A stretch of 64,000 bases of DNA. It comes from Geosiphon pyriformis uo1 (Eukaryota > Fungi > Glomeromycota). Position numbers and translations under genes: made by a program. Positions 1 through 11,858 of this stretch are shown here, piece by piece. Location of the stretch: positions 558,001-622,000 of the forward strand of contig JAAOMT010000675.1 in assembly GCA_016748015.1 (NCBI GenBank). The letters run 5' to 3'. The stretch's first letter is position 1; each line of letters starts with the position of its first letter. The notes under the pieces are model-generated. The model was not told where the DNA came from. It made no database searches and was given only the letters and a program-made list of their open reading frames with translations.

Positions 1-290
1 CATTTTAAAATATAATATTTGTTTATTATTAATATATGTTTATATAATATAAAATTTTTTTGTTGCTTAAAGTATAGCCCAACTACATATTAATTTTATA
101 CAACATCAAAATTAAAATAATACATTAAACTTAAATTGTATATAAATTGATTAAAACTACTTTAAACAACTATTGCAAATTTTTTATAAAACACAATTTT
201 TAAAATAATTTACTATTATATTAATAAAATATATAATATATATTTTAAATTTATATCTCTTATTATTAATTTAATATTATAATATCTATT

Positions 291-410
291 ATTTTTATTA
301 AAAATAAAATCTTGTATATTATATTTTAAGTATTTAAATAAAATATTTTTATTAAAAATAAAATCTTGTGTATTATATATTAAGTATTTAAATAAAATAT
401 TTTTATTAAA
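291..410. repeat. ~54-bp AT-rich tandem duplication (about 2.2 copies)
   Basis: ATTTTTATTAAAAATAAAATCTTGTRTATTATAT...TAAGTATTTAAATAAAATATT starts at 291 and again at 345. Confidence 0.8.
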
Positions 411-769
411 TATTCAAGTTTTTGATTTTTGATTCATTATTTTTATTTTTTAACATATTAAATAAAATAATTTCAAAGTAATTTTTTTTTGTATTTTTAT
501 AATCATAATTATAGCAAAAAATAAAATAAAAAAATTTTGGTTTTTTGGTTTTTAATATAATATTATTTAAAAAGATTTTTTAATAATAAATACACCTAAA
601 CAATGTTTTATTAAAGTATTTTTTTAAGTAATAAAAAAACAAAACAGTTTTTGGTTATTAAAAATACACTTTTTTTATTTATAAATATATTTTTTTTTGT
701 TATTTAAAACATTTTTATTGTATTAGAATTTGTTTTTTTAAAAACATAAAATTTTGGTTTTTTGGTTTT

Positions 770-1150
770 TTTTGGTTTTTTACTAATTTTACATTATTAA
801 TATTAATTATGATATTTATTTTTTTGGTTATAAATAACAATTCAGATTTTATTTTAGATAATAATAATAATAATAATAATAATTTATTTGTTAAACCTAA
901 TATAAATTAATAATTGATTGTATTATTTAATTTAATAATTTTTAATTAATTATTGCCAGTTTTAAAAACAAAAAAAATTATAGTTTAATATGTAACATTA
1001 TTTAATTATATTATTATCTTATTTAATTTAAATTTAAAATTAATAAAATAAAAACTTAAATACTTTTTTTTGGTTTTTTAAAATACTACTAATTTTAATA
1101 ATATTTAAAACAATTAATAATTATAAAAAAATTTTTGAATAAACAATTTA
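770..1150 (+). repeat. Heavily AT-eroded dispersed repeat, homologous to 34765-35140
   Basis: Co-linear blocks shared with 34765-35140, e.g. TTAATTATTGYYRGTTTTAAAARCAAAAAAAA and AAATAC..TTTTTTTGGTTTTTTAAAA. Confidence 0.6.
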
Positions 1151-1859
1151 TGTTAAGATTGTGTTTTAAGTTTTTTTAAATATTATTACTAAAATTAAGT
1201 TTTTTAATTTTCTGTTTTTAAGACTAATATTTTATAAAAAAATTATATTTATTAAAAAACTTTTAAATATTAACATTATTATAAGTATTAAAATTTTAAT
1301 TATTTAATTTTAATTATAAAATTGTTTTTTTTGATTTATTAAGTTTTTTTTTAAATTATTTAATTTATTTAAAATTTCATATATTTTATGTTATAACTGT
1401 TATATTTTTGTTGTTTTTTATTTTTTTATTTTTTATTTTTTAATATTACTATAAATACAAAAATTATTTTTTTAAATTTTTAAACTATTTTAATTAATTA
1501 AATTGTTATTCAACTTATTAATACTTTGATAATTTTTAATTTTTTTTTATTAATTAAAAAAAAATATAATTTTATAATTAATACTTAAATAATTTTTTTA
1601 AAAAACAAATTAATAATATTGCTAATTTAATTATTAATATGTATAAAAAAAATTCAAAATACATAAATTAAATTTTTTACTCTTATTATTAAATCTATTT
1701 ACTAATTTATATTTAAAACCAAATATATTTTTTTTTATTTAATTTAACAAGTGAGGTCCAAATGCAACCTAGTGCCATATATTATACAAACAATCTAAAC
1801 TAGGAGCAAATCATGTGCTTTCTATACATGACCAGCCACTCGGGCCAGTCAGGACTACA

Positions 1860-3137
1860 CTATACATCTATACGCACAGAAACCAAATCCCCAATACTTG
1901 AAAAGAATGGACAAAACTTACGAAACCCAAAACCAACCCCAAAAGCCTCAGCCACACCTAGCAATCTAACTACACCAGCTGAAAAAACCATAGACAAACC
2001 AGAAACTGAAGCAGGGGTAGAGCCATCACATGAAATCAAACTGTGCTTTTCCATAAATGCCCGGTGCTTGGTGCAGACCAACCAAATGTCATTCTGAAAC
2101 GCAAGACAGAACCCACGTACAAAATCCACAATTTTATTAGCCCTAACTTTAGAATCCTTAAAAACCGAGACAGACTCATGATACCAATTGTTGAAAAAAA
2201 AGCCCTTATACAGAGCAGTGCCAACTCCAACCTTGGAAACACAGGTAGCCAACAGCTACGAGACACATGAAGAAGACCAAGACAGACCAGAAAGAGTCTC
2301 CCAAGCCGAAGCATAAATGTCCAACAATTGAACACGACCAGTGGCATCATGAGAACAAAAAAAGACATGATCCGAGATCTCAACATCACCACAATACAAA
2401 TACACTACACTGGAGTACCTCCTATCATACAAACGCTTATGCACAGCAACTGGGAGCTAACAATGAAGGGCCTTCATAAAGTAAGTCCGAAAGCCAGTCA
2501 TACGTACACTAGTGGAACCAACAGCTAAGTAAGAATTGGGGTGCCACACCAGAGAAGACTTAGACCAATTAACATTAGCACACAAACCATCTGTCACAAC
2601 CCAAAATCCAGACCCAACCTCCCAGTGAACATGATGAACCGAACAGAAAACATCACAAACAAAGCGTCTAGAATTACCAGAAACTGCAGTACCACCTGTT
2701 TTCAGAAAACGTTTGCCAACCAAATGAGGCAGGCACCAAGCAGAAGAAGCGGTCTTCTTAGTAAGTGCATCAGCACATTTATTGCTTGAGATGCTTAAAT
2801 GACCCCTAACCTTAATCCAAATCACTTCCAAATTCTTGTGACAAATGACATTAGCAATATGATGGCACTCAATCCAACAATAGTTCCTAAAATCCGGATA
2901 AACCAACAAAGACTCTGACTTGCACGCATCCACAGCAGCTTGGCTGTCTGAAAACAAATCAACTGACCGAAAAGAGGGAACACACTTAAGAGCCAAAGCA
3001 ATTGTCTGCAATTCCATCAGAGTAGAAGAAACCAAACCAAACACTCCAACACCTAAATCCAAGTTAATGTCCTCAAAGAAAATGGCAGCACCTGCTTTCA
3101 CATCAACAGTGCCCAGACTACTTAGAAACCCATCCAT
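1860..3137 (-). pseudogene. LINE ORF2 C-terminal part: RNase H and C-terminal Zn-knuckle region, with premature stops
   Basis: (Y)MDGFL, STLMELQTIALAL, LFSDSQAA, WIKVRGH..SN.CAD (RNase H); CxxC-x7-H-x3-C remnant YCGDVEISDHVFFC. Confidence 0.9.
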
Positions 3138-3849
3138 TGTTACAGGATGGTTTTCTTGTTATATTTAATTGCTGATATCCCGCTTTAATTGCAATCAGTC
3201 TTTCGTGAGTTCCTCAATTCTATTTGTGTGATAATGTCACTGTTACACTGAAGGCTTTTTTTTTACTGTTGTGATGTAAGTTATTCTTTAATTCTTGATT
3301 GTTGTGTGTGTTTATGTACTTCTTCTCAAAGGCTGAACTGAAATCTACCCACTGTCTGGAGTCTTCTCTGAGGCTATCCTTGCAATTGCCTAATGTGTTT
3401 CTCTAATCTAGAAACACAGAATGTTAATGGTCTTTAGCGCTTTTTTAATTCTCACAATAAAGCTTTTATCAATTAGTAACAACATGAATAATCTTGATCA
3501 AGGATTATTCTTCCAAGGGATTCAGTTGATGAATAATAGTTTCATTCAATAAATAATACAAGTAAGTTTNNNNNNNNNNNNNNNNNNNNCCCAATATTAA
3601 AACTACTGTATATATACATGTTTGTAGTTCTACGAGAAAATACTTTCTTTTTGATATTTCAACCTGGTGTTTGCTGCTATCACCAGTTGGTGTTGGCTGC
3701 TATTGTGAACTGGTGCTTGCCACTATCACGAGATGGTGTTTGCTACTATGTTAATCATTACCTTTCTAAGATTATTATTGTGCTATATTATGATTGAATA
3801 GTTTGTATTATTTTTATGCTTCTTTTTGCTAAATTCTTAAACCGTAACA
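3138..3849 (-). repeat. 3' LTR of the Gypsy element (contains an N gap)
   Basis: TGTTACAGG...CCGTAACA; ~97% identical to 11859-12556; four internal ~23-bp repeats at ~3663-3750. Confidence 0.95.
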
Positions 3850-3865
3850 TTATCCCCTCCTTTCA
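3850..3865 (-). other. Polypurine tract
   Basis: Minus strand GAAAGGAGGGGATAA immediately before the 3' LTR. Confidence 0.85.
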
Positions 3866-4208
3866 AGATTGAGCTCCATCGAAATTGAAGCTAATTTCTT
3901 CATTAAATTCTAAGTTACTATAGTGGTTCAATACTGTGTTATTAATTTGTTGTTGTAATTCTTGAAATTGCGAGTTGGTAAGTTGTCCAATACTGTTGGT
4001 TGTTATTATGTTCATGGTTGGGTCCAACAATAATTTGTGACAGTTTTCAAATGCTTTGAAAATTCTGTAAACTGTTTTTGAATGGAATGTAGTGTTGGTT
4101 TTTCCAATGAAAGGTTCTAATAGTTGGATAGTTGTTTTGTCAAACACTCTAGTTGAGTCTTTTGAGTATAATGTTTGTATGTTCAAGTGCTTTTCTAGTT
4201 GATAATAA
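3863..4208 (-). CDS. C-terminal part of an unknown ORF between integrase and PPT (5' part lost in gaps)
   Basis: 107-aa ORF ending at the PPT, with its frame open up to the N gap at 4209; no recognisable motif. Confidence 0.5.
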
Positions 4209-4228
4209 NNNNNNNNNNNNNNNNNNNN

Positions 4229-5101
4229 GGTGATTTTTATGTGTGTCTCATTCTTGACAAACAGTTGGCATTAGCATTTTTGGTACCTTCTTTGTATTTG
4301 ATAATATAATCATATGGTGCTAATGTTTGTGACCATTTGGCGTATTTTTTTTTTAGTGCTTTCTTGTTATTTAACCAGACCAGACCTTTATGATCTGTCA
4401 TAATCTCAAAGGGTTGGTACCGTAAATATGTGTCAAAGTGAACACAACTTCAGACTACTGCTAAGCATTCAAGTTCATGTGCTACTTATTTTTGTTCTGC
4501 CATACTGAGACTTCTGCTGGCATAAGCAATTACATGTTCTCTTCCATTATCATCTTTTTGTGACAAAATGGCTCCAAGTCCAGTTTCAGAGACATCTGTG
4601 GCCAAACTGAATTTCTTGTTGAAATTCGGATAGATCATTATTGGTGATTCAATGAGCTTTTGTCTAAGGTACTCAAAAGCTTTTTGTTGTGTTTCAGTCC
4701 ATTCAAACTTCACATTTTTAGATAGTAGGTAATTAAGGGGTTTGGTGATGTTTGAAAAGTTTTCTACAAAGTGGCGGTAGTAAGATGCGAGTTTTAAAAA
4801 GTTTCTAACTTCTGAAATGTTTCAAGGTACTGGAAAATTTTTCACTTTGTCTATTTTTGATGGATCTGGTTTTATTCCATCTTTTCCAACTACGTGTCCT
4901 AAAAATGCTAGCTCATTTTTCCCAAAGAAACATTTTTCTAGATTTAGTTTAAGTCCAGCGTGTCTCAATCTCTCAAAAACTTGTTGTAAATGTTGGAGAT
5001 AATCCGTGAATTTTGACGAGAAAACATTTGTATCATCCAAGTAGACAACAACGGATTGCCACAGGATTCCGGAGTAAATTACATCCATTAGTCTTTGGAA
5101 T
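4229..5101 (-). pseudogene. Gypsy RT C-terminus and RNase H segment, misplaced between N gaps
   Basis: YLDD, LATDVSETGLGAILSQ, VIAYASRSL, TDHKGL; its ends duplicate 6629-6805 and 6823-6985. Confidence 0.85.
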
Positions 5102-5227
5102 NNNNNNNNNNNNNNNNNNNNTGTTTTCTGGAATAAGTATCATTGTTTTAATTTTGACTGTTATTTTGGAATCTTTTGCATGCATTTTTATGGTTGTTAA
5201 ATCATTTTTGCTGTGATCTAAGATTAA

Positions 5228-6420
5228 TTATCTTTTCGAATAATGTTCAATTAAAACTATTGGTTCTAAATTTTGTGGAATTTGTTTTGGTAGAATTAAA
5301 GGTAATTGTGTTCCAATTCTGGATGTTTTTGTTGTTATTACTGGTTTACTGTAATAGAATTTCAGCCAGTTACCATGTGCTGCTTTTCTTAATATTTTAT
5401 CATCGAGTCTTAGCTTGTATGCTCCATTTCCAAGTATTTTGTAAATATAAAATGGTCCATCCCACTTGTGATCAAATTTTTCACTCTACTGTTTTTCTAT
5501 TTTTGTACGATGCAACAATACTTTATCTTCAATTTTGTAGCTAATTATATTATCTGGTAACTGGTTATCATGTCTCACTTTTTGTTGTTTTTGTGATTGT
5601 TCAATATTTTGTGCTGCTTTTCTTCTTTTGTTTTCTAAAGTTCCCATTAATTCGTATGTTCTTCTAAGTAGTGTTTCCTGAAATGTTGCTTCCGTGATAG
5701 TGTCACTTGGATAAGTTGGGATAGTAAGTTCAATTGGTAATGTGGCTTTTCTTCCATAAACTAGTTCAAACGGTGTGAATTGTGTAGTATCTTGTTTTAC
5801 TGTTCTATATGCTAATAGTACTGCTGGTATGAACAAATCCCATTCTTTTTCATGTTCATTACTAATTTTTGCCAATGATTTGCATAATGTGCGATTAAAT
5901 CTTTCAACTAATCCATTTGTTTGAGGGTGATATAGTGATGACAGTGGTCGCTTGATTCCAAATTTTTGGTTAAGTTCTTTTAAGGTGCTGTTTACGAAGT
6001 GTGTGCCTTGATTTGATAGCAATTCTTGTGGACATCCATGTCAGCAAATTAAGTCTTCATGTATGAATTGAGCTACGGAAATAGCATCAGCTGTTTTAAT
6101 AGCTCTAGCTTCTGACCATTTGGTGAGATAGTCCATGGCTACTGCAATATAATAGTTGTTTCTTGTTGTTATTGGTAAGGGTCCAACTAAATCAATTCTG
6201 ATTCTGTCAAATGGCTGTCCAACTTTTATTGGTCTTAATAATTCCATTGTTTTTGCTCCTCCTTTTCATTGGCATGGGTCACAATTTCTTATGTATTGGA
6301 TTATGTCTGAACTCATTTTTGGCCAATAGTAACGGCTAGTTGCATGTTGGATGGTTGCTGTTTTTCCAAAGTGGCCTGAATAAATATCTGAATACATGTT
6401 AAATAAGATAGTTTCTTTTT
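5228..6420 (-). pseudogene. Gypsy integrase (HHCC remnant, DDE core, GPY/F motif), several stops
   Basis: GHFG...YYWPKM...CDPCQ; IDLVGPLP; YHPQTNGLVERFNRTL; TPFELVYGR; WDGPFYI. Confidence 0.9.
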
Positions 6421-6805
6421 CATCCATGGTTATAACTCTTAATGGATTATCTGAATTTTGTCAATTCCAGTAATAAAGTATGTAATTTTGGATGAAATAG
6501 TGTTTTGCTAATTTTTGAAGCTTAATTAGCTCTTTTACTGGCATTTTTTTGTCTATTTGTAGTGTTTCCAAGTATTGGCTGAGGTTTTTGTAAAAGTGGT
6601 TGTTCATTGTTGTTGTGGCGGGTGGGTTGGTGATTTTTATGTGTGTCTCATTCTTGACAAACAGTTGGCATTAGCATTTTTGGTACCTTCTTTGTATTTG
6701 ATAATATAATCATATGGTGCTAATGTTTGTGACCATTTGGCGTATTTTTTTTTTAGTGCTTTCTTGTTATTTAACCAGACCAGACCTTTATGATCTGTCA
6801 TAATC

Positions 6806-6824
6806 CTGTCTCTTATACACATCT
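6806..6824 (+). other. Nextera/Tn5 mosaic-end adapter (assembly artefact)
   Basis: Exact 19-mer CTGTCTCTTATACACATCT; gives the spurious peptides MCIRDR and DVYKRQ in the ORF track. Confidence 0.97.
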
Positions 6825-7534
6825 AGATTTAGTTTAAGTCCAGCGTGTCTCAATCTCTCAAAAACTTGTTGTAAATGTTGGAGATAATCCGTGAATTTTG
6901 ACGAGAAAACATTTGTATCATCCAAGTAGACAACAACGGATTGCCACAGGATTCCGGAGTAAATTACATCCATTAGTCTTTGGAATATCGCAGGAGCGTT
7001 TGTTAATCCAAATGGCATTACATTGAACTCATAATTGTCATTTTGTGTTGTGAATGCTGTTTTATGCCTGTTCTTTGGGTCCATTTCCACTTGTTAGTAC
7101 CTACTGGTCAAGTCCAGTGTAGAAAACCATTTTGCTCCTCCAAAAACGTCGAAGATTTCGTCAATTAACGGTATTAGGTATGAGTCTTTGGTTGTTTTGC
7201 TGTTTAGTTTGCGATAGTCGACGCAAAATCTAATTTTTCCATTCTTTTTCCTTACTAAAACAACTGGTGAGGACCATGGGCTCATTGATGGTTGTATTAT
7301 TCCTTTTTTCAACATGCTTTGAACTTCTTCTCTGATAAAATTATGCTCCATTGGTGGAACATGGTAAGTGCGTTGTTTTTCAGGTCTGGCGTCTCCAGTA
7401 GAGATTTGGTGTTGAACCAAGTTGGTTCTTCCAAATTCGCCATTTCTTGAAAATATATTAGAGTATTTTAAAATTAATGCTTTTAATTGTCGCTGTTGGT
7501 CAAGATTCATTGTTCCAATGTTTAATTTGGCCAA
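6825..7534 (-). pseudogene. Gypsy reverse transcriptase
   Basis: SPWSSPVVLVRKK, RFCVDYRKLN, FSTLDL, KTAF, MPFGLTNAP, VYLDD. Confidence 0.95.
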
Positions 7535-7949
7535 TTCTTCTGGCGTAAATTGATAGCATTCTAACAGTTGTTGTCAATTTATTGAAGTGAGTTCACAGTA
7601 GAGGGCAATTTCTGGGAAATTTAGAATTTCTTGTGGTGTTGACGCGTTTTCTAGCTCCATTCCAAGGTATCCAATGATGGTATCTTCCGGAATATAGATG
7701 GGTTCTTCTGTGGTGTTTGTGATAGGAATTTTTATCCATTAAGCTTTATCAGCTGGAATAAAAAGGTTAGTAAGTCCTATGAGAAACTGTTGGCAAGTTT
7801 CTGGGTAGGGCTCAAATATTAGGTTTTTTTCTTTAATTGTCCTTTTTATTCTTATTTCTGATTTTCCATATGGTAGGAGCATGATAGACTGCTCATTTTT
7901 AATTACTTTGCCTTTTTCCTCTATTGTTTCAGCAAAATTCGCTTCAATT

Positions 7950-8400
7950 CCTTTTCTTGTTGATCTGAAACCAAAAGTTTCTCTCGTTGTTTGTGACAAT
8001 TCCTCACGATTTTCCACTGGCACAAATTTCCCAATTTTTACCAATGATAGGAAAATTGCTTGTGCAATCTTTTCCTTAGATTCAATGGTATAAGGCTTTT
8101 CTGAATTGTTCTGTAGCAAAACCATCAAATTTCCAGTGTATTCGGAGTCAATTACTCGTTCTTGAACACTTATTCTTTTTTTCGCGAGGCTTGATCGTGA
8201 CGCCATTTGAACCATTATTCCTGGCAGAATTTCAACTGCTATTTTTAGGTCGATTTTGGTGATGCTTCTGGGTGGTAATGTTGTGAATTGGTCTTCTGGA
8301 TAATGTAGATCGAATCCAGCGTCAGTTAGATGGGCTCTTTCGAGTATTATTCCTAAGTGCCCGTTGTCAAAGTATCGGATGTCGGTCATCTGTTCTAGGT
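7950..8400 (-). pseudogene. dUTPase domain inside the Gypsy pol, between protease and RT
   Basis: All five trimeric dUTPase motifs, partly decayed: DAGFDL, SRSSLA, VIDSEYTGNL, KIAQ, RETFGFRST. Confidence 0.9.
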
Positions 8401-8499
8401 CAGTATAGGCTACAAATTTTTCTGACTCAGGACCATCAGGTGAGTTTTGTTGATTTATTGATTGATTTTGAGACTGCTGATTCTCAATTTCCATTTTTT

Positions 8500-9130
8500 T
8501 TTCTAAGTCTTTTTTGTCTTGACACTCTTCACAGCACTGATTTTGGCATGGGATGAGACAGTTTTCACAAAGGTAAGTGTTGATTTGGGCGAGGTATTGT
8601 TCTTGCTCTTGTCGAGTGGGGCATAGTTGTTAGTAGTAGTCCTGGAATTTGTTCACTGGGTCGAACATGTTGTAGCTGGTGACTTCGTCGGCTACTTCAG
8701 CTGACTCTTTCCAATGTCATATTTCTTCGGTGGTTTCTCCTCTTACTTTGGCTTGTGCAGTGTTGTACAACTCATCCTCGTTGTGTGGGTAGTGCTGTAG
8801 TCTTTTTAACGCTCTGTTGAACACTGCTTCAAATGGCGTTCCTCTTCTTATCCAGTCACAGATGAGGATTGTGTATTGGCAAGTTGTGTCACACATTTCT
8901 CCTCTGCCTGGTAAGTCATTCCAGTCGCACCCTCTTGGTAACGGTTCTCCACAAGCAAGGCACGGTTCCTTGTCCCATTTTCCGTGTCTTTCTGGGTAAC
9001 CGTATTTTTCTTTGTTACAACGGTTACAATAGTAGTGGATGGGGTTTCTTGGGTCTTCGTCTGGTGTGCTGCATGCAGTCATAGACAAGAGTTTCTTCTT
9101 GCAAACCAAGCATTCTAGCTTTGGTTTGCG
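8500..9130 (-). pseudogene. Unknown Cys-rich (multi-CxxC) domain in the Gypsy polyprotein
   Basis: In frame with protease and dUTPase: CLVC, CNRC, CLAC, CDTTC, CENCLIPCQNQCCEEC. Confidence 0.7.
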
Positions 9131-9385
9131 TCGCTGGTGGTTTCTTCGTAAACTTACCTGGTTCCATTTGGATCTTTCTTCGCTGGTCCACGTTGGTATG
9201 GCTGGTAGTTCTGTTCTTTGGTCATCAGCCCAAGAGAGCTGATAGGTTTCAATGGCTGGTAGTGCTGAATTTTCCTCAAATTCGAAGGTAGGTCTTTGGT
9301 TGGCGCTGGGTTTTTGGAAGTGGCCACAGGTGGCTGGAATTTTGGCCTAGTGGCCATTATAATTAATCAGAAGCTCTTGGGTGGT

Positions 9386-9973
9386 CTAGTCTAGGGTGGT
9401 GTTGGCTTTTGTTAGCCAGTCATTCCCTACTAATGCTTGATATTGTGTAGCGTCCATTACTAATACTTTTGTAGGTATTACTATGCCGTTAATTTCAAAA
9501 GGGAATGAGTCGATTTCGCCATGAGGCAGCTTTGTACTTCCATCGGCTGTTATGATTTGGGACATCGTGGCACGATCAACTTTGAAACCCAGTTGGTTTA
9601 CTAGTTGAAGCATTACGATGCTTCCAGCGGATCCACTGTCTAAGATAAGTTTGATTGGGGTATTGTTTACAGTGGCTTCTGTATACATAGCAGTGATTGG
9701 GCATTTTTTGTCCAATGCTGCTCCACTGAACATAGCCTCGTTTTTCTCTAATTCAAAAGGAAAAATAGCTGCGAGGCTGCTATCTTCGGTGGCAACTGCT
9801 AGTGGTATTGTCTGGCTCAATTTGGAGAAATTCTTGGTTCTGTTTATGTTTCTACCATCATTGTTTCCAATAATCAGGTTTTCCAGTATATTAAGATAAG
9901 TTTGTTGATAATTTTGGTAGTTTGGATTGGTTTGCTGATTGGTTCCGGCGTGGTTTAGATTCCTCTGGACCAA
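9386..9973 (-). pseudogene. Gypsy aspartic protease
   Basis: LILDSGSAGSIV, ITADG, ALVGNDWL. Confidence 0.92.
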
Positions 9974-10139
9974 CGCGTTCTGGTTCTACATGGGCTGATT
10001 TCGGGCCTCAGGATGCCAATTCGGGTTGGCTATCATGGGCTGTTGCTGGTAAGCTCCTTGATTTTGATATGTGGTGGAATATTGGTGTGGTATTGGCGTG
10101 TACTGGTTTCTGGGCATTTGGGGTAGCGTGTAGTAATTA

Positions 10140-11590
10140 TTTTTGCGTGCTTCCTGCATCATTCACGTTCGACATTGACTAATCAAATGTCCTACGCGTT
10201 TGCAAAAATGGCAGGCACGCGTTTCTGTTCTGAATTCCTGGCATGATGAGCGATTATTTCTCAGATCCGGGATGAGGTAACTTTCTATTTTCTTAGAGAG
10301 TTCCTTCCCTAATCACGTTACTCTTTTCTCTAATGTTTCTGTCTTATTTTCTTCCATTACCATGTTAACCATTTGACTATGGTTAGCTTCTTTCTCAGCC
10401 GATTCAAGAGCTCTGGCGAGCATAACGGCTTCTGGTAAGGAATTAGGGTGGACAGGGCGTACTCTTCCTAAAATGCTGCTTTTTAATCCTCTAATAAACT
10501 GATTTAAAACCTGAGGATCAGTGTAGTATCTTTGTTCAATCGCTTCAATCTGACGGTGAATTCGATTGAATCGAGCAAGGTATTGGGTGACAGTTTTACC
10601 AGTATTTTGTTTGATAGTATTGAATTCATTCTGTAGTTGGATTATGGCGTTTGGGTCACTAAAATACTCCAGGAGTGCATTTTTAAATTCGGCGAAGCTT
10701 GTGGGTTTTGTTTCCAGGCTTTGATACCACGAGTCGGCTGTGCCTTTCAGGAAGAAAGATAATGTTTGAATTGCTCTTTGGTCATTTCAGTTATTTGCCT
10801 GGATGGCTTTTTGTGCTTCTCTGAGCCATGTGTGCACGTCCGTTTCTTCTTCCTCTCCTGAGAAATCTGTTAGTCTTGTAATGTATGGTGTGGTCATTTC
10901 GTTGCCATTTTCTGCTGGTGGGTTTATTGGTCTAAGAGGAAGTGGGATGATATTTCCTTAAGCATTCCTAAAGGTGGCTTCCCTTATATCCAGTTCTTCC
11001 TCTTGATCACGAGTTTCTTGGTTTCTGGACTGGTTGCTTGTTCCAGTGACTGGTCTTGTGATTGTTTTTTTGCTGGTCTCTTTTGCGGATTCCGATTTAG
11101 ACTCCTCTTTACGGTTTTCAAACCCCGTTCTAAATTTTGGCTGAAAAAGAGGGTTTTGAAATAGTGATGAATATCCTCCTGTAATTGGTATGTCTCTCCA
11201 GTTACGTTGTTTAATTTTATCAGTATAACTAGGAGTTCTTGGCGTTTGTGGAGTTGATGTTGATGATGATGCAGCTCCTAATGGAATTTGTATTTTATTT
11301 TCTGGTGAAAAATGGTATGATTTATCTTCTGGTAAATAAATACATTGTTTTTTTATTGATTGAGTGACAGTTTTCTTTGGCGTTTGAGCTGGTGTTCCTA
11401 GTTTTTGCTGGTTACTTTCCTGATTAGTTTCTAAATTTTCTTTGGTTTTGTTGGCACATTCCCTAGTGTTTCCTATGAATATTGGAAAATTTTTATTGGC
11501 GTATTGCTCAATTTCTCGATGGATTTTAACAATAGTTGCGGCTATTACTGTTACTTCTTTTGTAGTGTATTGTGATAATTCTCTATACAA
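10140..11590 (-). pseudogene. Gypsy gag (long low-complexity N-terminus, capsid, CCHC knuckle)
   Basis: Manual translation: FSGEE..DVHTWL, FLKGTADSWY, QFIRGLK, knuckle CHFCKRVGHLISQC at ~10170-10215. Confidence 0.85.
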
Positions 11591-11840
11591 TCCAAGTTTT
11601 GCATCGTGTGGTTCTTCTTCCTTTCCTATATGATAATTTATTCTGGTGTTGATATAATAAGTGAGGGCAGATTCTGCTGGACAACACCCTTTTGGTAATC
11701 CAAGATCATTTTGATTTTATGTGTAAATAGCATGGCAGAATTCAAGAACAGTAAAATTAGGGGTTTTTGTCGCCACTTTTGTCTTTTCCTTTTTAGCAAT
11801 GAATTATTGCTAATTATTATTTCCTTTTTGATTTTCTTTC

Positions 11841-11858
11841 CTCGTAGGGTTCACCAAA
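11841..11858 (-). other. Primer binding site
   Basis: Minus strand TT-TGGTGAACCCTACGAG directly after the 5' LTR; complementary to a tRNA ending ...AGGGUUCACCA. Confidence 0.8.

Noticed and set aside
4229-5101. Real tandem duplication of RT/RNase H in the Gypsy element
   Set aside because: Bounded by N gaps, essentially identical to the 6.6-7.0 kb sequence, and complementary to the adapter-caused deletion
6637-6822. 61-aa ORF starting MCIRDR
   Set aside because: The start is encoded by the Nextera adapter
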